The notes below the pieces were generated by a model. It made no database searches and was not told where the DNA came from. It saw only the letters and a list, made by a program, of their open reading frames with translations. The translations under genes and the position numbers were made by a program. Shown here in pieces: positions 47,231 through 55,539 of a stretch of 56,264 bases of DNA. Source of the stretch: a virus (taxonomy: Duplodnaviria > Caudoviricetes); IMG/VR virus record IMGVR_UViG_3300025127_000046, positions 1 to 56,264 of that record; one strand, 5' to 3'. The first letter of the stretch is position 1. Each line of letters starts with the position of its first letter.

Positions 47231-48814
47231 ATGGCCTTCAGGTTAACAAAGAAACAGATTGTTAAAGAAATACTAAAATGTGGAAAAGATGCTCCACATT
47301 TTATTAATAATTATTGTCGAATAAGTCACCCCATGAAAGGTTTGATTCAGTTCAAGACTTACCCATATCAAGATGATTTACTAAATGATTATAATGATTT
47401 TAGATTCAACGTTATTCTAAAAGCTAGGCAGTTAGGGATATCAACCATTACTGCTGCTTATTGCGTTTGGTTTATGCTTTTCCACAAAGAAAAGAACATT
47501 GTTGTTCTTGCGACCAAGTTCAGCACAGCGGCGAACTTAGTAAAAAAAGTAAAAAGTATGATGAAGAATTTACCTGAGTGGATGAAAATAGCAACAATTG
47601 ACGTTGACAATAGAACGTCTTTTGAATTATCTAATGGCTCAATCATAAAAGCAGTGCCCACTTCTGAAGACGCTGGTCGTTCAGAGGCGTTATCTTTGCT
47701 TGTTGTTGATGAGGCTGCTCATATAGAAAAAATGAATGAAATTTGGACTGCGGTTTACTCCACGCTAGCAACTGGTGGTCGGTGCATTGCACTTTCTACT
47801 CCAAAAGGAACGGGAAACTGGTTTCACAAGACGTATATTGGGGCAGTTGACGGAGAAAACGAATTCAATCCCATAGAGCTAATGTGGGATGTGCACCCGG
47901 AGCGAGATCAGGCTTGGTTTGAAAAGGAAACTAAAAACATGTCTAAGAGACAAGTGGCCCAAGAATTGCTCTGTAATTTTAACACCTCCGGAGATACAGT
48001 TGTTCATCCGGATGATTTGGCTTGGATTCAAGGAAACATCAAAGATCCGATCTATAGAACTGGATATGATAGAAATTTTTGGATTTGGGAGAAATTTGAC
48101 GGCAATAACCAATACTTACTAACAGCAGACGTAGCCAGAGGCGATGGTGCAGATAATTCTGTATTCCATGTCATAAAACTAAACACCATGGAGATCGTAG
48201 CAGAATATCAGGGCAAACCATCTTTAGATTTATATTCTAGGATCCTGTTTGATGCCGGTGTTGAATACGGAAATTGCTTATTAGTTGTCGAGAACAACGG
48301 AATTGGGATCTCTGTTTTAGAAAAGCTATGTGATTTGGGATATCCTAATCTTTACTATTCAATAAAGTCAACGCATGAGTTCGTTGAGTCTTATCAGGGG
48401 GAAGTGATGGACAAGGCCGTAGCAGGGTTTACTACTTCTACCAAGACAAGGCCACTGGTTGTGGCTAAATTGGAAGAATTTTTTAGGAATCGACTCTTAA
48501 CAACTTATTCATCTAGAATTTATCACGAATTGAAGACATTTATTTGGCAAAACGGCAAACCACAAGCAATGCGTTCATATAACGACGATTTGGTTATGGC
48601 ACTTGCCATCGGCTGCTGGGTCAGAGATACCGCTCTACAGGTCAACAAGAGAGAAGTAGAATATAAAAAAGCGCTATTGAATTCTATGTATAAAAGTGAC
48701 AGCGTTATGAACACAACAATTAAAGGAATGAAGGGCTACAACGAAAAAATTGAAGAAAAACAACAAAAATTCAAAGAAGATATGACTAAATTCTCATGGA
48801 TTTACAAAGGATAA
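47231..48814 (+). CDS. terL: Terminase large subunit (T4 gp17-like)
   Basis: Walker A LKARQLGIST; Walker B LLVVDEAAHI; LSTP coupling motif; nuclease ADVARG.G.DNS and DDLVMALAI. Confidence 0.95.
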   Translation: MAFRLTKKQIVKEILKCGKDAPHFINNYCRISHPMKGLIQFKTYPYQDDLLNDYNDFRFNVILKARQLGISTITAAYCVWFMLFHKEKNIVVLATKFSTAANLVKKVKSMMKNLPEWMKIATIDVDNRTSFELSNGSIIKAVPTSEDAGRSEALSLLVVDEAAHIEKMNEIWTAVYSTLATGGRCIALSTPKGTGNWFHKTYIGAVDGENEFNPIELMWDVHPERDQAWFEKETKNMSKRQVAQELLCNFNTSGDTVVHPDDLAWIQGNIKDPIYRTGYDRNFWIWEKFDGNNQYLLTADVARGDGADNSVFHVIKLNTMEIVAEYQGKPSLDLYSRILFDAGVEYGNCLLVVENNGIGISVLEKLCDLGYPNLYYSIKSTHEFVESYQGEVMDKAVAGFTTSTKTRPLVVAKLEEFFRNRLLTTYSSRIYHELKTFIWQNGKPQAMRSYNDDLVMALAIGCWVRDTALQVNKREVEYKKALLNSMYKSDSVMNTTIKGMKGYNEKIEEKQQKFKEDMTKFSWIYKG

Positions 48815-48818
48815 AAAA

Positions 48819-50762
48819 ATGGCTTATAATAAAAATAACAAGAATCCGTATAATGAAACATCAGGGCTTTTCAAAGCGCTCACAAAATTATTTTCGGGTC
48901 CAATAATAAATAGAAGAACTCAAACAGGCAGAAAACTCAGACGCAGACATTTAGACATGTTTTCATCTAAGTTTAGATCTGCTAGCGGTAAACAATTCAA
49001 AAAGACAGAATACAATGCAATGAATGCGATCACTGTCAACATGATCTCGGCTAGAAATAGAACAGAGCGTTATGTAGATTTTGATGAAATGGAATATGAA
49101 CCAATAATTGCATCTAGTATTGATATTTATGCGGACGAAATCACTACACACTCCTCAATACAACCAATGTTGAAGATCAAGTGTCCGAATGATGAAATAA
49201 AGGCAATTTTAAATTCATTATATTACAATGTTTTGAACATAGAGCACAATCTTTTTGGATGGGCTCGCACCATGTGTAAGTATGGCGATCTATTTTTGTA
49301 TTTAGACCTTGACGATAACATAGGAGTTCGTTCGTGCATTGGGATTCCGTCCCAAGAAGTGGAAAGATTAGAAGGCGAAGATGAATCAAATCCAAATTAT
49401 GTACAATTCCAGTGGAATTCTGCTGGTTTGACATTAGAAAACTGGCAGGTTGCACATTTTAGGGTTTTAGGAAACGACAAGCACTATCCATACGGGACCT
49501 CAGTCTTAGAGCCAGCCAGACGCATATGGAGGCAGCTAATTTTGTTAGAAGACGCCATGATGGCCTACAGAATTGTTCGTTCTCCAGAAAGACGAGCATT
49601 TTATATTGATGTTGGGTCTATTCCCCCGCAAGATGTTGAGCAATATATGCAAAAAGTCATGACTCAAATGAAGAGACACCAAGTTGTTGATCCGAAAACT
49701 GGTCGGGTTGACTTACGATACAATCCGCTTTCTATTGAGGAGGATTATTTTATTCCAATCCGTGGTGGTGCTTCCAACACAAAAATCGAATCTATGAAAG
49801 GTGGGGAATTTACCGGCCAAATAGAAGATGTTAAGTATCTGCGTGAAAAGTTGTTCGCAGCGTTAAAAATCCCACAATCATACCTTGTTATGGGTGAGGG
49901 CGCACAAGAAGACAAGACAACATTGGCCCAAAAGGACATCAGGTTTGCGAGAACAATTCAAAGACTACAAAGATCTGTTGTGTCTGAATTGGAAAAAATA
50001 GGAATTATACATCTTTTTACATTGGGCTATCGTGGAGATGACTTGCTGTCATTCAAGTTAGGTTTGAACAACCCTTCAAAAATAGCAGAATTACAAGAAC
50101 TGGAGCACTGGAAGACTAAATTCGACGCAGCGGGTGCGGCCACTGAAAACTATTTCTCTAGAAGGTGGGTAGCAGAAAACATGTTGGGTGTATCCGAAGA
50201 AGAGTTCCTCAGAATGCAAAGAGAGATGTACTTCGACAAAAAATTCTTAGCAGATCTTGAAAAAGCAGCATCTGGTGAACAAGGAGGCGGTGACGATCTC
50301 GGTGGTGGTGATCTAGGCGGAGACCTTGGCGGCGATCTCGGTGGGGACCTTGGTGGTGATTTGGACCTCGGAGGTGATGAAGGCGGTGATGCCGGAGAAG
50401 ATGAAGGAGGAGACGCTGGTGGTGACGATGATGTTCTATTGGCAGCGCCCGGCAAAAGAGATGAGGACATTTGGGTTCGTGCAGATGCGGCCAAGTTCAA
50501 GAGAGGCAAATATAAAAGGCACAAGTCTTCTTATGACAAAGGCGGCAGAAGAAAGCAGATGAAAAATATGGCTACTGGAGAATATGGACAAACTGGGCGA
50601 TCAATCTGGAAAGGATATCCAGAACTGAGTCGTTTAGGGAAAGGTATTATAGAATCTCATAAAGTAGAAGAAAATAAACTATTTAGTACTAAAGATGAAA
50701 CAGCTTACTTAGTTGAAGGCTTACTATCAAAGAGGAATAATGATGAAAATGAAGCACAATAA
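48819..50762 (+). CDS. Portal protein (T4 gp20-like)
   Basis: LLEDAMMAYRIVRSPERRAFYIDVG, EEDYFIP.RGG, IEDVKYL..KLFAALKIP and DIRFARTIQRLQ. Confidence 0.95.
   Translation: MAYNKNNKNPYNETSGLFKALTKLFSGPIINRRTQTGRKLRRRHLDMFSSKFRSASGKQFKKTEYNAMNAITVNMISARNRTERYVDFDEMEYEPIIASSIDIYADEITTHSSIQPMLKIKCPNDEIKAILNSLYYNVLNIEHNLFGWARTMCKYGDLFLYLDLDDNIGVRSCIGIPSQEVERLEGEDESNPNYVQFQWNSAGLTLENWQVAHFRVLGNDKHYPYGTSVLEPARRIWRQLILLEDAMMAYRIVRSPERRAFYIDVGSIPPQDVEQYMQKVMTQMKRHQVVDPKTGRVDLRYNPLSIEEDYFIPIRGGASNTKIESMKGGEFTGQIEDVKYLREKLFAALKIPQSYLVMGEGAQEDKTTLAQKDIRFARTIQRLQRSVVSELEKIGIIHLFTLGYRGDDLLSFKLGLNNPSKIAELQELEHWKTKFDAAGAATENYFSRRWVAENMLGVSEEEFLRMQREMYFDKKFLADLEKAASGEQGGGDDLGGGDLGGDLGGDLGGDLGGDLDLGGDEGGDAGEDEGGDAGGDDDVLLAAPGKRDEDIWVRADAAKFKRGKYKRHKSSYDKGGRRKQMKNMATGEYGQTGRSIWKGYPELSRLGKGIIESHKVEENKLFSTKDETAYLVEGLLSKRNNDENEAQ
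50283..50433 (+). repeat. Coding GGDL/GGD tandem repeat in the portal C-terminus
   Basis: Encodes GGGDDLGGGDLGGDLGGDLGGDLGGDLDLGGDEGGDAGEDEGGDAGGDDD. Confidence 0.85.
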
Positions 50763-51567
50763 GAAAAGAAATACCGCTTTTCTTTACGAATGTCTTGTAA
50801 AAGAACTTACAAAATCAATTGTTAGAAATGATAAAGACAAAAAGAAAGCAATTATAAAGATTATAAAAGAGTTTTACTGTAGAGGATCACTCTTGAGAGA
50901 GGATTTGGAAATATACAAATCGGTTCTAGAATCCAACAAGATGTCTACAGAGTTCGCCAAAAGATTTATCTTTGAAGCGAAAAAAGACTACGACGCTTTA
51001 GATAGAAAAGCTATCTTCAACCTCCAGACAAAGCTGATTAGAGCCATTAACGAGACGTTATCAAACAATGCTTTTGCTAACTTTATATCAAACTACAAAG
51101 ACATAGCGTCTGTTGGTGCTTTTTTTGATTCCAATTTGAAGGCAAAAAACAGACTAATTGTCGAATCTAGGCTGCTGACAAAATTGACTAAAAAGCCTAG
51201 TGCCGAAAAGGAAATGAGGCATATTGATAACCTGACTTATAAAACTTTTGTGGATTCTTTTAACAAGAGATATGAAAAGACATTAAGAAAAGAGCAAAAG
51301 GACTTACTGACTAATTATATTGTTTCTTTTTCTGATAATGGATTAGGCCTAAAATCGTTCATGAATGAGGAAATTTCACGACTTATAAAAGAGGTAGATA
51401 ACATTACCGAAACTCAAAAAAACGATAAAAATGGTATGTTTTTGTCCAAAATAGAGCGTGTTTCTACTAAGTTGAAAGACTTTTCAAAGAAGCCTATCTG
51501 TGAGCAAATGGTAAAAGATGTTTTTTATATACAAGATTTAGTAGCGGAGATCAATAGAAATGCCTAA
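50740..51567 (+). CDS. Head-module hypothetical protein
   Basis: KHNKKRNTAFLYECL...; helical; directly after the portal; CTATTTAG at 50679. Confidence 0.7.
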   Translation: MMKMKHNKKRNTAFLYECLVKELTKSIVRNDKDKKKAIIKIIKEFYCRGSLLREDLEIYKSVLESNKMSTEFAKRFIFEAKKDYDALDRKAIFNLQTKLIRAINETLSNNAFANFISNYKDIASVGAFFDSNLKAKNRLIVESRLLTKLTKKPSAEKEMRHIDNLTYKTFVDSFNKRYEKTLRKEQKDLLTNYIVSFSDNGLGLKSFMNEEISRLIKEVDNITETQKNDKNGMFLSKIERVSTKLKDFSKKPICEQMVKDVFYIQDLVAEINRNA

Positions 51568-52246
51568 TTTGAAAATAACACCCAAAGACATGCTCAATGT
51601 TGATTTATACGATGATGTTGATGTTAGAGTGCAACAGGCGCAACAAGTTCCAGTTCAAATAACGGGCCTTCCGAGTCAGGAAGAGAAGGTTAGCGTCAAT
51701 ATCAAGCCGCCTGACATGTCTGTTAACATCATTAACGATAAGAAAAGAGTATTTGAATTTCAACTAAATGTTAGAAGCGCTTTGAATGGCGACTTTATGA
51801 TTTTTGACCATAAAGACATTGATATCATGATAATAAAGGAAAAAAAGAAAATTGTTGCATTTGCTAAAGACATGATGTCGGAGGCGGTTTATGGTGCCGA
51901 AAATCGACTTTTCAACCATCTACGTAAAAAAGGGATTGTGGCTTATGACTCAATAAAAGGCGGTAGCGTCTATGGGTCTCTAGAAGCCCTTATGTTGGAA
52001 GCCAAAGATAAAAAAGAGCCGGAAGTTCTTGATTTAGTTTTATATCAAATTAGTGAATGGATGAAGAACGAAAAACCACATTTTGAAACCGATAACGATT
52101 ATGATGATCTTATCAATGACTATTATTCAGATCCAGAAGAAGACCAGTCGACTGAGTTAGGCGAAGTGCCACATGAAGAAGAAAAAGGATCAATAAGGCA
52201 GCATGGCTTGTTTGCTCCATATCTTTACGGGAGATATACGTACTAA
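51560..52246 (+). CDS. Hypothetical protein
   Basis: 228-aa coupled ORF with an acidic C-terminal region. Confidence 0.7.
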   Translation: MPNLKITPKDMLNVDLYDDVDVRVQQAQQVPVQITGLPSQEEKVSVNIKPPDMSVNIINDKKRVFEFQLNVRSALNGDFMIFDHKDIDIMIIKEKKKIVAFAKDMMSEAVYGAENRLFNHLRKKGIVAYDSIKGGSVYGSLEALMLEAKDKKEPEVLDLVLYQISEWMKNEKPHFETDNDYDDLINDYYSDPEEDQSTELGEVPHEEEKGSIRQHGLFAPYLYGRYTY

Positions 52247-53073
52247 TGATATTATCTGCCTTTCAAATAAAGCAAATAATAAAAGAAGAAATAGAATTCT
52301 TTTTAGACGAAGATAGAAGGGGTAACAAAATAATTGGCTATCACGCAACAAACACAGGGGTAAATCTATCTAATGTGCTTGGATGGAAAGAGATTACAAC
52401 CAATAGGAGCGTAGATATGGCCTCTGCTCAGGGTGGTGGCTTTTACTTATTTAGTGACAAGAATAGAGCACTAAGAAGACTCAAGAGCACTGCGGCAGTC
52501 TCTGATTGGGATGAAGAAACAGGCATTCATTCATATAGAAAGATGGATCCTGATTTAGATGGACTAGGTATGATTATAACCCTAGAGGTCCCCTACAGCT
52601 TTAGGCACTTGGAAATAGATTATGAGGTTAGCTACGACATTTGGATTGATTTCGTAATCACCTATATGGATAGGTTCTTGTCCTTAACGCTGCCTAATGG
52701 ACAAAAGATTTTTGATTATTATGACAAAGAAAATAATAGGATTGTAGTTAAACCACCATACAACGTAAAAAGACAATTAGGCCCTTATATTACATTAGAC
52801 AAGAAAATATCTGGTGGCACAAAAAGATTGGTTGGGAACGTTATGTCTAGAGTTTTCAAATTTATGGAACAAGGACTATTTGGTTCTGCTGCTAAGGGAA
52901 TTCACCAAGAGTTCGAAGAGCAGCTAATTGAGAAAGCACCAGCATTCAAGTATAATGGGAAAAACATCTCACCAACTAAAATAGAAATTGTTGTAAATGA
53001 TAGATTATATGACGTGACAAAAGAAGTTCTTTCTGGGGATTTCGAACGTATGAAAGCAAAACTGGAGATTTGA
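52246..53073 (+). CDS. Leader-bearing protein with possible H-Y-type ADP-ribosyltransferase fold
   Basis: MILSAFQIKQIIKEEI leader, then GYHAT...QGGGFYLFSD...A, like the YHGT...GxGFY pattern. Confidence 0.5.
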   Translation: MILSAFQIKQIIKEEIEFFLDEDRRGNKIIGYHATNTGVNLSNVLGWKEITTNRSVDMASAQGGGFYLFSDKNRALRRLKSTAAVSDWDEETGIHSYRKMDPDLDGLGMIITLEVPYSFRHLEIDYEVSYDIWIDFVITYMDRFLSLTLPNGQKIFDYYDKENNRIVVKPPYNVKRQLGPYITLDKKISGGTKRLVGNVMSRVFKFMEQGLFGSAAKGIHQEFEEQLIEKAPAFKYNGKNISPTKIEIVVNDRLYDVTKEVLSGDFERMKAKLEI

Positions 53074-53381
53074 TGGATTTACTATATTTTATTCTTGCCT
53101 CATATGGCTTGACCTTTATTTTGGTTTATGGCAAGATTTTTGAAGACCTAAGGCCGGCAAAAGATTATAGTAAAAAATGGAATACACTATTTCATTGCCC
53201 TCTTTGCGTAGGATTTTGGACAGGATGCTTTCTTTTTTTGATAAACGCCGGAACCGAACTATTTACTTTTGATTACACAATTGCAAATTTTTTTATTTGC
53301 GGTTGGATCTCATCTGGGACTTCTTATTTTCTATCTATGGTAGTGGATGATTCCGGATTTAAAATAACAAAAAAGGAATAA
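53070..53381 (+). CDS. DUF1360-like membrane protein
   Basis: Hydrophobic, with an LFHCPLCVGFW motif. Confidence 0.6.
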   Translation: MMDLLYFILASYGLTFILVYGKIFEDLRPAKDYSKKWNTLFHCPLCVGFWTGCFLFLINAGTELFTFDYTIANFFICGWISSGTSYFLSMVVDDSGFKITKKE

Positions 53382-53384
53382 AAG

Positions 53385-53708
53385 ATGAAATTAACAAGCA
53401 AAAGACTTAAGCAAATGATCAAGCGGGAACTAAAGGAAATGATGTCTTACAATAGAGATGATGACCAAAGAAGCAAGAATGCATTCATGATGCATCATTT
53501 GAACAACGTTTTGAATGGGATTACTGCTATCCCTGTTGACCAAAAAGCACAAATTGAATCTTCAGTGAAAAACTATACAAGAAATGCAGATTTTCCACAG
53601 ACATTTGATAATGCTTTAGAAATGGCTCTCAATGATACAGTGCCCGAATTACCTAGTGAGTTAAAAGGAATGATCATGCAGCAAGTAAGATCACAATCAG
53701 GAGAATAA
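53385..53708 (+). CDS. Small protein with MKLT..L...IK.E leader
   Basis: MKLTSKRLKQMIKRELKE. Confidence 0.7.
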   Translation: MKLTSKRLKQMIKRELKEMMSYNRDDDQRSKNAFMMHHLNNVLNGITAIPVDQKAQIESSVKNYTRNADFPQTFDNALEMALNDTVPELPSELKGMIMQQVRSQSGE

Positions 53709-53709
53709 A

Positions 53710-53763
53710 ATGACTAAAAAATGGATGTTACAGCCCGTTCGACGTTGTTGTTCAGGAAGCTGA
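53710..53763 (+). CDS. Possible 17-aa peptide MTKKWMLQPVRRCCSGS
   Basis: AGGAG RBS upstream; fills the gap before the protease gene; followed by a GC hairpin. Confidence 0.4.
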   Translation: MTKKWMLQPVRRCCSGS

Positions 53764-53768
53764 CTCAA

Positions 53769-53783
53769 GCGGGTAACGCCCGC
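53769..53783 (+). other. GC-rich stem-loop GCGGG-TAACG-CCCGC
   Basis: Perfect 5-bp inverted repeat without a U-tract, just upstream of the protease RBS. Confidence 0.55.
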
Positions 53784-53797
53784 AATAAGGAAAGAAA

Positions 53798-54424
53798 ATG
53801 GCTAAAAAATTATTAACAGAATTTTTTGAACTTTGCAAGGATGGTATTTGCCAAGACCTGTTGACCGAGAGGGAAAAGAGAGAAATGGCAAATGGCGTTC
53901 TGTATTTATCTGGTAGACTTCAGACATGCGAAAAAAAGAATGGCAATGGAAGAGTCTACCCGTGTAAAGTTCTTGATAGAGAGATTAACAATTACAAAAG
54001 AGTTATAGAGGACAACAGGGCTTTAGGCGAACTAGATCACCCTGATGACTCGGTTATAAATCTTAGAAATGCTTCTCATATGGTAACAGACATCTGGTGG
54101 GAAGGAAATGATGTAATGGGCAAGATAAAGGTCCTAGACACACCATCTGGTAAGATCTTGAAAGATCTTATCAATAACGGCGTAAAATTAGGAATTTCTT
54201 CTAGAGGCCTTGGATCTGTAAAAGAAAGCATGGGAAACACTGTTGTGCAAGAAGACTTTGAACTAATCTGCTTTGACATTGTTTCGGAACCATCAACGCC
54301 CGACGCCTACATATATCCAGAGCAGAGCGCTTCGGGCAGAACCATTAGGATGCGTGAAAACAAACTTAATGAAAAGAAAGATCTGATACTTAACGATCTT
54401 TTTGATAAAATTTTGAGAGACTAA
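53798..54424 (+). CDS. Prohead protease (T4 gp21-like)
   Basis: NGNGRVYP, ALGELDHP, ASH, GVKLGISSRGLGS and FDIVSEPSTPDA. Confidence 0.95.
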   Translation: MAKKLLTEFFELCKDGICQDLLTEREKREMANGVLYLSGRLQTCEKKNGNGRVYPCKVLDREINNYKRVIEDNRALGELDHPDDSVINLRNASHMVTDIWWEGNDVMGKIKVLDTPSGKILKDLINNGVKLGISSRGLGSVKESMGNTVVQEDFELICFDIVSEPSTPDAYIYPEQSASGRTIRMRENKLNEKKDLILNDLFDKILRD

Positions 54425-54831
54425 TGAATAAAAATGAACTAAAGAGAATCTTGAAACCTCTTATAAAGGAGTGTATCAAGGAAGTGCTTTTTGAAGAAAG
54501 TGGCGCTTTGTCGCATGTTATAAAAGAAGTTGCGGTTGGTTTATCTGGAAAAGAAACAATAACAGAATCCAACTATAATGCGCCCAAACCCAAGGCAAAC
54601 AATAAGCACTTAAAACAAAAAAAGAAAAAATTGCTTGATGTTATTGGGCGTGATGCTTACAACGGAATAGATCTTTTTGAAGGGACAACCCCGGCTCCAG
54701 CGCCTGTTCAAACTGGAAACGGTAGAGGTCCATTGTCTGATGTGGCCCCTAATGATCCCGGAGTTGATATAAGTGAAATTTTTAATGCAAAATCATTTGC
54801 AATTTCTAGAAAAATGATGGGGAAAGAATAA
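54424..54831 (+). CDS. Hypothetical head-module protein
   Basis: MNKNELKRILKPLIKECIKEVLFEE N-terminus; coupled to both neighbours. Confidence 0.7.
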   Translation: MNKNELKRILKPLIKECIKEVLFEESGALSHVIKEVAVGLSGKETITESNYNAPKPKANNKHLKQKKKKLLDVIGRDAYNGIDLFEGTTPAPAPVQTGNGRGPLSDVAPNDPGVDISEIFNAKSFAISRKMMGKE

Positions 54832-55037
54832 TGGCAACAAATCTGGTTGTAAAGCCTAGAAGGGGCGAAAATATTGAGCGAGTTATAAAAAGGTTCAATA
54901 GGAAAGTAAAGAAACTTGGAATCATAAACGAATACAAGGAAAGTCAAAGGTATACTAAGCCTTCTGATAAGCGAAGATTGAGAAACAAGAGATCCGATAG
55001 AAGAAGAGCAAAGGAATTAGCAAAAGCTAACAAATGA
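54831..55037 (+). CDS. rpsU: Ribosomal protein bS21
   Basis: VKPRRGENIERVIKRFNRKVKKLGIINEYKESQRYTKPSDKRR matches the bS21 pattern (E.i..ai.RF.r......GI..E.....Y.KPS). Confidence 0.88.
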   Translation: MATNLVVKPRRGENIERVIKRFNRKVKKLGIINEYKESQRYTKPSDKRRLRNKRSDRRRAKELAKANK

Positions 55038-55046
55038 CTATTTATA
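55038..55046 (+). promoter_or_regulatory. Candidate late promoter CTATTTATA
   Basis: Intergenic, upstream of the GGAG RBS of gene 55066. Confidence 0.6.
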
Positions 55047-55065
55047 AAAGATTGGAGAAATAACT

Positions 55066-55527
55066 ATGTCAGTACATAAGTATACAAGTTGGGGCAGGAC
55101 AAGAAGCCCAAAAAATATAGCAGGCTCTCAAGGTGGAACAGTAACACCGGTTGAGAGTTTAGATGATTTAAGAGGAATCACGTCAGCAATTGGAAGTCAG
55201 GGTTACGCAACAGAAAACCAAAGATACTTGCATGTGTTGATTGAAGATACTAATGAAGACGACAGCGAAACTGTAACTGTCTTTGGGTATTGCCACGCAT
55301 TTCAAAGATGGTTTCCTCTTATGACAAGAGTCGGAGGAACAAATGCTGCTCAAAGCGGAACAGAGGAAATAAGCATAGTCGGTGAGGATTCCAATCTTAC
55401 TCCTGCCAGTTGTACACCCGACAAACGCACATATCGAGTTTATGAAATTGTCGGAGTTGACAGGGTAGCGTTTCATTGTGCTGACGCTTCTGAGATTAAT
55501 CTCTTTGCCGCTTGTAGCACATTTTAG
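55066..55527 (+). CDS. Hypothetical (probably virion) protein
   Basis: 153-aa ORF with RBS and candidate late promoter. Confidence 0.65.
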   Translation: MSVHKYTSWGRTRSPKNIAGSQGGTVTPVESLDDLRGITSAIGSQGYATENQRYLHVLIEDTNEDDSETVTVFGYCHAFQRWFPLMTRVGGTNAAQSGTEEISIVGEDSNLTPASCTPDKRTYRVYEIVGVDRVAFHCADASEINLFAACSTF

Positions 55528-55539
55528 TAGGAAACAACT

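Noticed and set aside
53761-53783. Firm call of selenocysteine/SECIS or an intrinsic terminator
   Set aside because: The stem is short and close to the TGA, no Sec machinery is visible, and there is no U-tract; kept only as a hypothesis.
37926-54424. Introns, inteins or homing endonucleases in primase, SbcCD, terminase or portal
   Set aside because: Sizes and motif spacing are normal; no intein termini or HNH/GIY-YIG/LAGLIDADG motifs were seen.
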